Assembly: GCA_902635945.1 (NCBI GenBank)
Contig: CACPPU010000001.1
Span: forward strand, 299,453 to 363,452
Reading direction: 5' to 3'
DNA length: 64,000 bases
Origin: an uncultured Candidatus Actinomarina sp.
GTDB lineage: Bacteria; Actinomycetota; Acidimicrobiia; Actinomarinales; Actinomarinaceae
The notes under the pieces are model-generated. The model did no database searches, was not told where the DNA came from, and saw only the letters and a program-made list of their open reading frames with translations. Shown in pieces: positions 9,530 to 18,796 of this stretch (positions are counted from its first letter, which is position 1; each line of letters starts with the position of its first letter). Both the position numbers and the translations under genes were made by a program.

Positions 9530-11243
9530 CTAAATTCCAAGCTGAAAATAGTTGTTGATAAATTTCATTATTTGCAAGTAAAGTTTCATGATTATCAAAA
9601 CCAACTAATTTACCTTCACTCATTACAAGTATCTTTTCTGCATTTAAAATAGTTTCCAGTCTATGAGCAATAACAACAGATGTTTGATAATCAAGCAATG
9701 TATCAGTTGCGTCAAGAATGGAACTTTCAGATTCAATATCTAAGTTAGCTGTAGCCTCATCGAATACAATAATTTGTCTTTTAGCAAGCACTGCTCTAAG
9801 TAAAGCAATAAACTGTCTCTCTCCTGCTGAAACATTTGCTCCTCTTTCTCCTACGTCTTGTTCTAATCCATCTTCATATCTATCAAACCAATCGATCAAG
9901 CCAATATTTTCTAACTCACTTTTTAAATCTATTTTTTCAGGATTAGAGTAAATTAAATTATCTCGAATTGAACCTCTAAATAGAAAGCTTTCCTGAGGAA
10001 CGTAGGCAATATTCTTCCTTGCCCATTTTTGTGATATGTTTTTTGAAGATTCACCATAAAACTTTACATCCCCTTTATTTGGAAGATAAAATCTTAAAAT
10101 TAATTTTGCGATAGTGCTTTTTCCAGCTCCTGTTTCTCCAACAATAGCGATTTTTTCTCCTCTATCGATTGAGAAAGAAACATCGTGAAGTACAGTTTCC
10201 CGACCATAGGAAAATTCGACATTTTCGAATTTAATTACATTATTTGAATCTACTTCTGGCGAAAGAGTTCCTGTTTTACTTAATACAGGTTCTTCATCTA
10301 AAATTGAAAAAACTTTCTTCATTGAGGACCCTGCAGATCTTAAAAGATCATAGTTAAAAGAAAGTTGAATTAGAGGATCAAAAAAATAATTTAGATAAAA
10401 CAGTAATGCAACAAGTTCACCAACAGTTAATGTACCTTGCTCTATTCTTGCAGCTGCAAACCATATAACTACTGCAATTGAGGTGACTCTTGTAATTTCC
10501 AAAAAAGGAAAGTATATTGCAATATTTTTGGCTGACTGCATGTTTGCTTTTAGGTGCTCATTATTTACTTCTTTAAACCTTTTTAATTGCTTGGATTCAT
10601 CTGCGTAAGCTTGAATAATTCTTACACCTGATATTCCCTCTTGTAGAGATGATAAGACTTGTCCTATCCATTCCCTCACTGACCAGTATGTTTTATCGGC
10701 GTGGTTTCTAAATATTTTGGTTGCAATTCCAAGTAACGGAAGAATCAAAAATGATAGTAACGAAAGCTGTACATCTACCAAAAATACAGCAATGGTAGCA
10801 CCAAATATGGTGAGTAAAGAAGTCAAAATACTACTAGCTCCTTCCCTTGCAAATTCATTCAAGCTTTGCATGTCAGAAGTCATTCTTGCTACCAGTACTC
10901 CTGTTTTATTTTTTTCAAAATAATTAATGTCTAAAGATGACATATGTCTGAATAATTTTTCTCTTATGCTTTTTACATAAGATTCACCAACAAGACCAAT
11001 AGAAAGAAGTGCCTTGCTTGTCACAAAATACAACACAATAAGTGTTAGGAAATAAAAGAGGCACTGAATTAGTAAGTACTGATAGTCATACTGCATTACA
11101 CCATTGTCAATTCCTCTGGATATTAACTGTGGACCAATCATACGCACGCCGGTTCCAACCATTGCAATCATTGAAGCAAAGAAGAAGGGTCTATGAACTT
11201 CTGGTACTAGTTTAAATGATCTTATGAAGGTGTTCTCTTTCAT
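9522..11243 (-). CDS. ABC exporter, fused permease/ATPase (heterodimer partner)
   Basis: Six-TM N-terminal domain plus Walker A GETGAGKST and LSGGQRQ signature. Confidence 0.85.
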   Translation of the reverse strand: MKENTFIRSFKLVPEVHRPFFFASMIAMVGTGVRMIGPQLISRGIDNGVMQYDYQYLLIQCLFYFLTLIVLYFVTSKALLSIGLVGESYVKSIREKLFRHMSSLDINYFEKNKTGVLVARMTSDMQSLNEFAREGASSILTSLLTIFGATIAVFLVDVQLSLLSFLILPLLGIATKIFRNHADKTYWSVREWIGQVLSSLQEGISGVRIIQAYADESKQLKRFKEVNNEHLKANMQSAKNIAIYFPFLEITRVTSIAVVIWFAAARIEQGTLTVGELVALLFYLNYFFDPLIQLSFNYDLLRSAGSSMKKVFSILDEEPVLSKTGTLSPEVDSNNVIKFENVEFSYGRETVLHDVSFSIDRGEKIAIVGETGAGKSTIAKLILRFYLPNKGDVKFYGESSKNISQKWARKNIAYVPQESFLFRGSIRDNLIYSNPEKIDLKSELENIGLIDWFDRYEDGLEQDVGERGANVSAGERQFIALLRAVLAKRQIIVFDEATANLDIESESSILDATDTLLDYQTSVVIAHRLETILNAEKILVMSEGKLVGFDNHETLLANNEIYQQLFSAWNLVN

Positions 11244-11245
11244 AT

Positions 11246-13000
11246 CTATATCTCCGAAGTTTCATTTTCTAGAAACAAAGATTTGTAAGTATCTACTGAT
11301 TCCATAAGCTCTTGATGTTTTCCTTGGGCTTTGACTCTGCCATTTTCGAGAAACACTACTTCATCACACAACTCTATAGTTGGGACTCTATTTGTTATTA
11401 TTAAAGTCGTCATATTTGACATTACTTGATTTAATTCGTTTCGAATCTCTTCCTCTGTACTAGCATCTACAGCTGAAAGGGCATCGTCAAGAATAAGAAC
11501 ACGTGGCTTTCTTAAAATAGCTCGAGCTAATGCAATCCTTTGCCTCTGCCCTCCAGACAAGCCGTAACCTCTTTCTCCTACCTTTGTTTCATAAGATTCT
11601 GGAAGCTGTGAGATAAAATCATGCGCTCTAGCAATAAGTGCTGCATCTTCTATCTCTTCTTGGGATGCATCTTCTAACCCAAGTGAGATGTTTTCTCTTG
11701 CCGTATTAGAAAATAAAAAACTTTCTTCAAAAGCAAGGCTTACATTACTTCTTAAATCACTCAGTCTTAAGTTCTTGATATCTACTCCATCAATTTCGAT
11801 AGAGCCAGACTCAATTTCATACAATCTTGGAAGAAGATATGCTAGTGTAGATTTTCCAGAACCTGTAGAACCTACTATTGCTACAGTCTTTTTTCCCTCA
11901 ATTTCTAAAGTAAGGTCATCAAATATTTTCTCATTTCCATACTTAAAATTTACTTTTGAGAACTTCAATGAACCGTCTCCATCTTCAGGTAACTCATTAG
12001 GGGATTCATCATCTGTAATTGTTGGTGTTTCATTAAGGAGCTCAAGAATTCTATTTCCGGCTGCAACACTTGAAGGTATTTCGGATAAAAACCAAGCTGT
12101 AATTCTAAGAGGCCAAATTAACAAGAAAACATATTGTGTAAAAGCTATAAATTCACCAAGAGAGAGAAAATTATTAATTGTTAAATATCCACCTAAAAGC
12201 AACACTGCAAGTGTTATTACCATTGGTATCAATTCAAATAAAGGAACAAATCTTGTTCTCAACTTAAGGTAACCGAGTGAAGTGTCATAAATTTTTTGGA
12301 CCGCATCTTCTACTCTATTAGAAGCTTGTTCTTCATTCCCAAATGCTTTTACAACTCTGATTCCTCCCAACTGTTCTTCAACTTCAGTTGTCATATTTGC
12401 TTCTGCTTCTTTTACTTTCAAAGAAACTCCCATTGCTTTAGAAGAAAAGTTAGAAGCTAACCACAATACAGCTGGAATAGATAGCAGCACTATGCCTCCA
12501 AGTGGAAGACTTAAGCTTAATAATGTCACACTTAAAATCAGAAGTAGAAATATGTTAGCGGATGCAAGTGGTGCAATAGCAAAAGCTAACCTGACTTGTG
12601 ATGCGTCACTTGAGGCTCTTGCCATTAAATCACCTGTTGGTACTTTATCGTGGTAATTAAATGCAAGTTTTTGCATGTGTGTAAAAATTCGATTCCTAAT
12701 TCCAGCTTCAACATTATAAGAAACATCCATACTGAAGTATCTTCTTGTACCAATTGAAATTGCTCTTGTATATCCTGCGATAACCATAAAGGAAATAAAT
12801 ACAATTACAGCTCTTTGGTTTTCAGCAACAATACCATCGTCAATAATTCTTTTGATTAAATATGGTTGAATAATTACTAAAAAACACCAAAGAAGCGCAG
12901 AAATATTGGAAATATAAAAGCTTTTTTTGTTTTCTTTTATACCTTCTACAAAAAAAGAAATTGCTTTTTTAAATTCTGGCGTTTTAAAGACTTTAAACAT
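11246..13000 (-). CDS. ABC exporter, fused permease/ATPase (heterodimer partner)
   Basis: TM domain plus GSTGSGKST and [14 protein letters not shown] signature. Confidence 0.85.
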   Translation of the reverse strand: MFKVFKTPEFKKAISFFVEGIKENKKSFYISNISALLWCFLVIIQPYLIKRIIDDGIVAENQRAVIVFISFMVIAGYTRAISIGTRRYFSMDVSYNVEAGIRNRIFTHMQKLAFNYHDKVPTGDLMARASSDASQVRLAFAIAPLASANIFLLLILSVTLLSLSLPLGGIVLLSIPAVLWLASNFSSKAMGVSLKVKEAEANMTTEVEEQLGGIRVVKAFGNEEQASNRVEDAVQKIYDTSLGYLKLRTRFVPLFELIPMVITLAVLLLGGYLTINNFLSLGEFIAFTQYVFLLIWPLRITAWFLSEIPSSVAAGNRILELLNETPTITDDESPNELPEDGDGSLKFSKVNFKYGNEKIFDDLTLEIEGKKTVAIVGSTGSGKSTLAYLLPRLYEIESGSIEIDGVDIKNLRLSDLRSNVSLAFEESFLFSNTARENISLGLEDASQEEIEDAALIARAHDFISQLPESYETKVGERGYGLSGGQRQRIALARAILRKPRVLILDDALSAVDASTEEEIRNELNQVMSNMTTLIITNRVPTIELCDEVVFLENGRVKAQGKHQELMESVDTYKSLFLENETSEI

Positions 13001-13051
13001 GTTTACTCATAATAATTGGGTAAAAAATTTAAAATAATGGACTAAATACTT

Positions 13052-13067
13052 TGTGCATTATTTCACA
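13052..13067. promoter_or_regulatory. CRP/GlxR-like palindrome TGTGC-N6-TCACA in the divergent promoter region
   Basis: Read directly: tgtgc attatt tcaca, 20 bp upstream of the ATG at 13088. Confidence 0.35.
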
Positions 13068-13087
13068 AGCGTATTATCGTAGTCGAT

Positions 13088-14605
13088 ATGAATGATGTCT
13101 TAGATAAAAAAATTGAGAATGTTTTAGATCAAGCTGATCGAATGTTTATTGCTACAAGTGTAGGAGGAAACTCTTCTGGAGCTTCTGTGTTTTTTAGTAG
13201 AGATGGAGAGGATTTAGTTTTCTTTACCTTCCACCCTACCCGCAAAGCTGAGCAAATAAGATTAAACCCGAGAGTGCATGTTGTAATCTGGCCAAAAGGT
13301 CAAGAAGGAATCGAAGGATTACAAATTGATGGAGAGTGCTACAAAATCAAAGATGAGGATGAAAAGAAAAGAGCATACGAACTAGTCTTAAATACAACCG
13401 AAGCTTTCAAAGAGTTCATGGAAGATGAGTTTTTAATCAAAAATGATGTTGTTGGTTATTACAGAATTAAACCAACAACTATTAAATATGTGAACTTTTA
13501 TCAAGAAGAAAAGTTTGAGTGGAAGACATATCCTGCAAATAAGACATCTGCAGTAAAAATGGCTTTCAAACTTGGATTAAAAAGAATTGGACTTTGGCTT
13601 AGGACAATTCGTGCACCATTTTTAACAGCTACTTTTGCCCCAATTTTTATTGGCGCAGCAGTCGCATGGAATGATTTAAAAGAAGCTGGTTTAGATTCAA
13701 GTTGGTCATGGAGAATGTTTTGGCTTGTTCTTGGTGGAGCATCACTAGCTCAAGTTGCTACAAATGCGTCGAATGATTATTTTGATCACACTTCTAACGC
13801 CGACGAAATAAACAAGGTAGCAAGTCCGTTTAATGGTGGTAGTAGGGTTATACAAGTTGGCTTGATGACACCTGGACAAGTTCTTTTAACTGCATTAGTT
13901 AGTATTGCTGGAACTGTTGCCATCGGTCTTCATTTAAATCAACAAGTTAGTGGAGAGTTTTTTGGTAATACTCCAATTCTATGGACAGGTATAATTGGGA
14001 CATTTTTAGCACTTGGTTATACAGGTGACCCAGTAAGACTTGGATACAAAGGTTTCGGAGAAATCGCAATTGCACTTGGATTTGGTCCAGTTATGGTAAT
14101 GGGAGCTCATTACGTATTGACAGCGTCAATTCATAACAATGTAATTTCAGAATGGAATTGGATTGAAGCATTGATTGCATCTGTTCCAATAGCAATTCTT
14201 GTAATGCTCATTGTCTGGATTAATCAATTTCAAGATGCTCCTTCTGATGCTGCAGTAGGTAAAAACACTTGGGTTGTGAGAACTGCAGAACAAGGTGAGT
14301 GGATGAAGCTTGAAAAACCAATGAAGTTGTATAAGCAATTCATGATTGAAGCATTCGTTGCAGTTGCGTTTGTAGGTGCTATAAGTTTTTTCACAGATTA
14401 CGGTACAGTTTATGCTTTCATGGCGTTACTCCCCCTAGCGCTTGTATGGAAAGCTTTTAAGATGGCAGATGAATGGATGATTAAGTGGAATAATCCTGAG
14501 GCTGATCGTCAAAAAGTTCCTTATGAACTTCTGTTAGTAAATGTATCTACAATAGGAATCCATTTCTTAACAGGTATTTTGCTTGCAGTGGCATACATTC
14601 TCTAA
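13088..14605 (+). CDS. menA: fusion protein: N-terminal pyridoxamine-5'-phosphate-oxidase-like (FMN-binding split-barrel) domain and C-terminal UbiA/MenA-family polyprenyltransferase
   Basis: The N-terminal ~150 aa resemble PNPOx/general-stress-26 split-barrel proteins. The C-terminal half is a multi-TM protein with the NDYFDHTSNAD Asp-rich prenyltransferase motif. menG is adjacent. Confidence 0.65.
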   Translation: MNDVLDKKIENVLDQADRMFIATSVGGNSSGASVFFSRDGEDLVFFTFHPTRKAEQIRLNPRVHVVIWPKGQEGIEGLQIDGECYKIKDEDEKKRAYELVLNTTEAFKEFMEDEFLIKNDVVGYYRIKPTTIKYVNFYQEEKFEWKTYPANKTSAVKMAFKLGLKRIGLWLRTIRAPFLTATFAPIFIGAAVAWNDLKEAGLDSSWSWRMFWLVLGGASLAQVATNASNDYFDHTSNADEINKVASPFNGGSRVIQVGLMTPGQVLLTALVSIAGTVAIGLHLNQQVSGEFFGNTPILWTGIIGTFLALGYTGDPVRLGYKGFGEIAIALGFGPVMVMGAHYVLTASIHNNVISEWNWIEALIASVPIAILVMLIVWINQFQDAPSDAAVGKNTWVVRTAEQGEWMKLEKPMKLYKQFMIEAFVAVAFVGAISFFTDYGTVYAFMALLPLALVWKAFKMADEWMIKWNNPEADRQKVPYELLLVNVSTIGIHFLTGILLAVAYIL

Positions 14606-15229
14606 TTGGCTGAAAAAGCTAACTTTTCAAACATATATAAGTTTTACGACTTAATTAATTCTGTCATAACGCTTGGGTTTGATAAATCTTGGAGAAACAA
14701 AGCTAGTAATCAAATAACTGGAACAAGAGTTCTAGATCTTGGAAGTGGAACTGGTGCTGCTTTTCAACAGCTTCAAAACCTCGAAGTAACAGCCATAGAC
14801 CCTGATGAAAAGATGCTTCAACTTAATAAATTTAAAAACAAAATTATTGGTGGTGCTGAAAACCTTCCGTTTCCAGATAACTCTTTCGACAGTGTTTATT
14901 GTGCTTTTGTATGGAGAAATGTAAACGATCCAGCAAAAGGAATTGAGGAGGTATATAGAGTTTTACGACCAGGTGGAAAATTTATTCTTCTTGATATGAC
15001 AAGGCCTAAAAATAACTTTCTTAAATTACTGCATAAGATAGGCACATTCAAAGTTACTTTACTAATAGGTTTGTTAACTTTTAACCTAAAAGAGTACAGA
15101 TTTCTTCACAACTCATTAGATAAATATCCTCAACCTGAAGAATATTTTCAAACCCACCCTTTCCAATATTGCAATATAGAAAGAATGGGCTTGTTTAAAT
15201 TTGTCTACCTAGCGGTGCTTACTAAATAA
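14606..15229 (+). CDS. menG: demethylmenaquinone/ubiquinone methyltransferase (UbiE/MenG family)
   Basis: SAM-binding motif VLDLGSGTG and the AENLPFPDNSFD block. Confidence 0.8.
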   Translation: MAEKANFSNIYKFYDLINSVITLGFDKSWRNKASNQITGTRVLDLGSGTGAAFQQLQNLEVTAIDPDEKMLQLNKFKNKIIGGAENLPFPDNSFDSVYCAFVWRNVNDPAKGIEEVYRVLRPGGKFILLDMTRPKNNFLKLLHKIGTFKVTLLIGLLTFNLKEYRFLHNSLDKYPQPEEYFQTHPFQYCNIERMGLFKFVYLAVLTK

Positions 15230-15230
15230 A

Positions 15231-15833
15231 TTACTGATTAGCTAAAGCTACAAGAAGTTGTCCAACTTGATCCTGTGGAAGGTTTCCTGTTCTTCTTGCA
15301 ACAACATTCAAATCTTTATCTAAAAACACCCAGTAAGGAAATGCGTTTAATCCGTAAGCAGTGGCAATCTCTTTATCGAGGTCATATAACTGCGTTTCGG
15401 ACCATCCCTCACTTGCTAGCCAATCGTGTGGAGGATAATTATCCCTTGCTCTATCAATTGAAGTTGCAACCGCTATTAAATCTATGCCATCTGGTACACC
15501 AATTAGATCTACATATTCTTGGACTACAGGTACTTCTTTCTGGCAGTATCCACACCAGTGAGCAAGAAATATTAATGCTTTAGCGTTACCATTCTTCTCG
15601 ATTGTTACAATCTCTGAGTTTTGATTAGGTGCAGAGAAAGTTGGAGCAGCCAAACCTCTAGCAATATTGTCATCATTTTCTGATGCAAACTCGGGAAGAA
15701 AATCACCATTTACTGTTGTTTCACCTTCAGGTAAGTTGCCATCTATAGGTTCATCAACAAGTGTTACACCAATAGCAACAGCTAATCCTATTGCTAAAAC
15801 TACTCCACCAGCAATTAAAAAGTTTTTATTCAA
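15231..15833 (-). CDS. membrane-anchored thioredoxin-like thiol-disulfide oxidoreductase (TlpA/ResA/BdbD-like)
   Basis: N-terminal TM helix and a WCGYC redox motif. Confidence 0.75.
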   Translation of the reverse strand: MNKNFLIAGGVVLAIGLAVAIGVTLVDEPIDGNLPEGETTVNGDFLPEFASENDDNIARGLAAPTFSAPNQNSEIVTIEKNGNAKALIFLAHWCGYCQKEVPVVQEYVDLIGVPDGIDLIAVATSIDRARDNYPPHDWLASEGWSETQLYDLDKEIATAYGLNAFPYWVFLDKDLNVVARRTGNLPQDQVGQLLVALANQ

Positions 15834-16344
15834 CTATTTCCTTCCTCGATAAATCATAATACAACAGAGCTAAAAATATAGTTAAAAATCCTGTAGAGGC
15901 CATTACAGGTATTGATATAAATCCAAAGATATCAACATATTTTAGATTACACGGCACGTCTAGAGCACAGGATCCTCCTCCGCCTCCACCATTTTGAAGG
16001 TAAATATGATACGCACCTATTCCAACACCTACAAGGCTTAAATATCCTGCACGAATGAATTTTTTATTAAATAAACCAATGATCAAAATTAAAGCAATAG
16101 GATACATTAGATAACGTTGATACCAACAAAATTTACATGGAATAAATCCAACAACTTCTGAATAAACCAAGCTTCCAACAGAACAGACAATAGCTACTAA
16201 TGTTGCAAAGTTATAAAACTGATCATTTATAACTTTGCTAAACCTTTTTTCTGTAAAAATAAAAAATAATATTAGTAAACAAATAGCCCAGGCAACAAAT
16301 GTAAAGAAGCCAAATAAAGTATTAAAAAAAACAATTAAGTCCAT
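15826..16344 (-). CDS. disulfide bond formation protein B (DsbB/BdbC family)
   Basis: Four-TM protein with a CKFCWYQR box and a second Cys pair, SCALDVPC. Confidence 0.7.
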   Translation of the reverse strand: MDLIVFFNTLFGFFTFVAWAICLLILFFIFTEKRFSKVINDQFYNFATLVAIVCSVGSLVYSEVVGFIPCKFCWYQRYLMYPIALILIIGLFNKKFIRAGYLSLVGVGIGAYHIYLQNGGGGGGSCALDVPCNLKYVDIFGFISIPVMASTGFLTIFLALLYYDLSRKEIVE

Positions 16345-16357
16345 AAAGAATTTTACC

Positions 16358-16395
16358 CTAAAAAAAATGATAGGCGGTCAATGCCGCCTATCATT
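16358..16395 (-). terminator. Rho-independent terminator after the rhodopsin gene
   Basis: Perfect 12-bp stem AATGATAGGCGG/CCGCCTATCATT with a 6-nt loop. On the minus strand it is followed by a run of eight T. Confidence 0.75.
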
Positions 16396-16417
16396 AAAGT
16401 TTTTGTATGAAAAAGTT

Positions 16418-17077
16418 TTAGACTTTTTCTCCTGACTTGATTCTTGCCATTCCAAGTACCAATACACCAAGACCAACTTTGTTAACAATGTCAGCAATTG
16501 TGTAAAGAACTTCTCTAATAGCATCAAAGTCGCCTGCTACTGGAGCTAAATAACCTAATGGATAGATTATCCAACCAACAAGAATGAGATTTTTAATTTT
16601 CTCAAACTGATCAGCTTCTGCAGCTTTAAGTCCTGCACCCTCTGCTTGAAGATTTCTCATCAAGTATGCGTATGCAACCATAGCTACAACAAATCCTACC
16701 CAGTATGCATCACTGCCTGCAGCAGCTGTCTCACCATAATAACCGCCACCAATCATCACGACAGCAGCCAATCCCCAGTTTCTAACTTTTTCGTTATATT
16801 CTGCACCTGAAGATGTTACGGCAAGTACCTCTACGAACATTAATGGTACTGTTAGGATCCAGTCGACATATCTTAAGCCTGTATCAAAATCGCCACCAGC
16901 CCATGAGCCAGTCATTTTGTTATAGTGATACCAAGCTATACCTGTCACAAGAGCGGAGATATATACTCCTCTTCTGTGTTTTGGATCTACTTCTCTTGAT
17001 GATGCAAGTAAAAATACTGTTCCAGCGAGCATACCCACTGTTGCCACCATAAAGAGTCTGTAAGTAAGTTCAGCCAT
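16418..17077 (-). CDS. microbial rhodopsin, DTE-motif light-driven proton pump (proteorhodopsin/actinorhodopsin-like, short 219-aa form)
   Basis: Helix C RYVDWILTVPLMFVE gives the D-T-E motif. The retinal lysine sits in ADIVNKVGLG. Seven hydrophobic segments. Confidence 0.9.
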   Translation of the reverse strand: MAELTYRLFMVATVGMLAGTVFLLASSREVDPKHRRGVYISALVTGIAWYHYNKMTGSWAGGDFDTGLRYVDWILTVPLMFVEVLAVTSSGAEYNEKVRNWGLAAVVMIGGGYYGETAAAGSDAYWVGFVVAMVAYAYLMRNLQAEGAGLKAAEADQFEKIKNLILVGWIIYPLGYLAPVAGDFDAIREVLYTIADIVNKVGLGVLVLGMARIKSGEKV

Positions 17078-17108
17078 TTTAGCCTACTCCTTTTGTTTAA
17101 TATTACAT

Positions 17109-17124
17109 TGTGAAATTAATCACA
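17109..17124. promoter_or_regulatory. perfect CRP/GlxR-type palindrome TGTGA-N6-TCACA upstream of the rhodopsin gene
   Basis: Read directly: aTTGTGAaattaaTCACAAt, an 18-bp perfect palindrome located 32 bp upstream of the rhodopsin start codon. Confidence 0.45.
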
Positions 17125-17192
17125 ATATAATGTTATTCATTTTGTGCACTTGTGAATGTTATTTTAAATTTTTTTTAAAAATCGATGTAACT

Positions 17193-18716
17193 TTATTTTG
17201 AAATACTAGTAGGGACACCTAAAGACTCATTGCCCCATTTTTTAAGATAAGGCTTTAAATTAAACTTTCTAGCTGTTGAGTCAGAAGTCATGTATCTAAT
17301 TTTCCCAAATATACTGCGCTCTGGCCCCCACGCTCTATCATATCTCCCAAGAATCCAGAATACTCCTGAATAAGAATTTGGATCTCTGCCGTCTAAAGAA
17401 TATCTATCGTTGAGTGTGATCATGTAAGAAAGAGCAATTTGTGGATTTGGTGTCCATTCAAGAATTTTTTTGCCCCACAACATTCTTAAATAGTTTTGAA
17501 TTACTCCTTGAGTTCTTAATTGATTTTGAGCTGCATTCCAGATTTCGTCATGAGTTTGGGAATAGGTTAATTCATCTAATGAATAAATATGCTCTCTTTC
17601 ATCAGAAGAATGTTCATGTAAGGTTTTTATAGCCCATTCTGGCAAACTAGAGTACTGATTATAATTAGCACGTCTTACGCATGTATGGTACCCAAGCTCT
17701 CTCCAAGTAATCAATTCATCCATGAAGCTTTCAAAGTTTTCTGAGCTTCCCCACCAGCCTTCTCTCCTTCCTACCATTTTTGGATTTATAGACTCTGGAG
17801 ACCAAGACTCCAATTCAGATATTTTATCAAATACTTCATGAGTAGAGATTTGACCATGATGAAAATATGGAGATAATTGGCTGCTTGCTTCTTTCGAAGG
17901 ATCGCTTCTATATTTTGCATAATCTTGATATCCAACTTCGATGAATTTATTTAATTGTTTTATAGCATTTGAATATCCACCTTGTATTGAACTTATCTCA
18001 ACAGTTTTATCTATATTCAAATTTTCAAGAAAATCATCAATATTTTGATTCTTAAAATCATATGGAATCCACTTAGTTTGTATATCTTTGATCAGTGAAG
18101 CATCAAATTGTTTGTTCAAAAAATCTAAAGGATTTTCAAGAGGTGTTTCAATTATAAAATCTTCTAAATTCTTGTGTAGGTACCTTCTAAAGTCATGAGC
18201 TCTTACGTACTCTTTTTCTGAGAGTCTAATTGGAACAATGCCGTTTGAGTCAACTAGTTCATATCTAGTATTTATCTCCCCAGAAGCTTTTGCTGTCATT
18301 TGGGGCACAAAATAAGTTGGGTAATCGTCAGTTACTACTACTGAAGCATGTTTTGAAATTTCTGTTAAAAGCCCTTCAGATTCCCTTGCTGACTGTTCAA
18401 CAAATGGATAGTAAAAAGCCTTTGAACCTGAAACTTGTTCGTCTACTTCTTTCATTCCCTCAAGGGTGAACTTGTGGAATCGTATACTTGACATGGGATA
18501 ATCAAGTATCAAAGGTTCCAAAATTAGTAGTGGCTGAGAAAGTTGATTTGCCCACTCGACTGCTCGCTGTAGTGCAAAGTTGTATCCAACCCTTTTAAAG
18601 GAAATCATCCAATAAACAACATACTTTGAATCTGTTATTGATTCAGGGTTTATGTCTTTGAGTGTAGTAACACGTGTAAGTGGAACTTGTACCATACATA
18701 GGTATTTTAAATTCAA
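17193..18716 (-). CDS. phr: deoxyribodipyrimidine photolyase, class II (CPD photolyase)
   Basis: About 500 aa; class II N-terminal signature VVYWM and C-terminal FAD-binding region. Confidence 0.75.
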   Translation of the reverse strand: MNLKYLCMVQVPLTRVTTLKDINPESITDSKYVVYWMISFKRVGYNFALQRAVEWANQLSQPLLILEPLILDYPMSSIRFHKFTLEGMKEVDEQVSGSKAFYYPFVEQSARESEGLLTEISKHASVVVTDDYPTYFVPQMTAKASGEINTRYELVDSNGIVPIRLSEKEYVRAHDFRRYLHKNLEDFIIETPLENPLDFLNKQFDASLIKDIQTKWIPYDFKNQNIDDFLENLNIDKTVEISSIQGGYSNAIKQLNKFIEVGYQDYAKYRSDPSKEASSQLSPYFHHGQISTHEVFDKISELESWSPESINPKMVGRREGWWGSSENFESFMDELITWRELGYHTCVRRANYNQYSSLPEWAIKTLHEHSSDEREHIYSLDELTYSQTHDEIWNAAQNQLRTQGVIQNYLRMLWGKKILEWTPNPQIALSYMITLNDRYSLDGRDPNSYSGVFWILGRYDRAWGPERSIFGKIRYMTSDSTARKFNLKPYLKKWGNESLGVPTSISK

Positions 18717-18796
18717 AATTGAATTATTACATAATAATAAGGAGTAAATTAGTTTTAAAATTTCAAATTTTTAGCTACACTAAAAAGGTTTAAATT

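Noticed and set aside
18729-18744. AATTCAA-AA-TTGAATT palindrome in the photolyase / msiK divergent spacer
   Set aside because: An AT-only 7-bp-arm palindrome in a roughly 80% AT spacer. It is not distinguishable from chance without genome-wide statistics.
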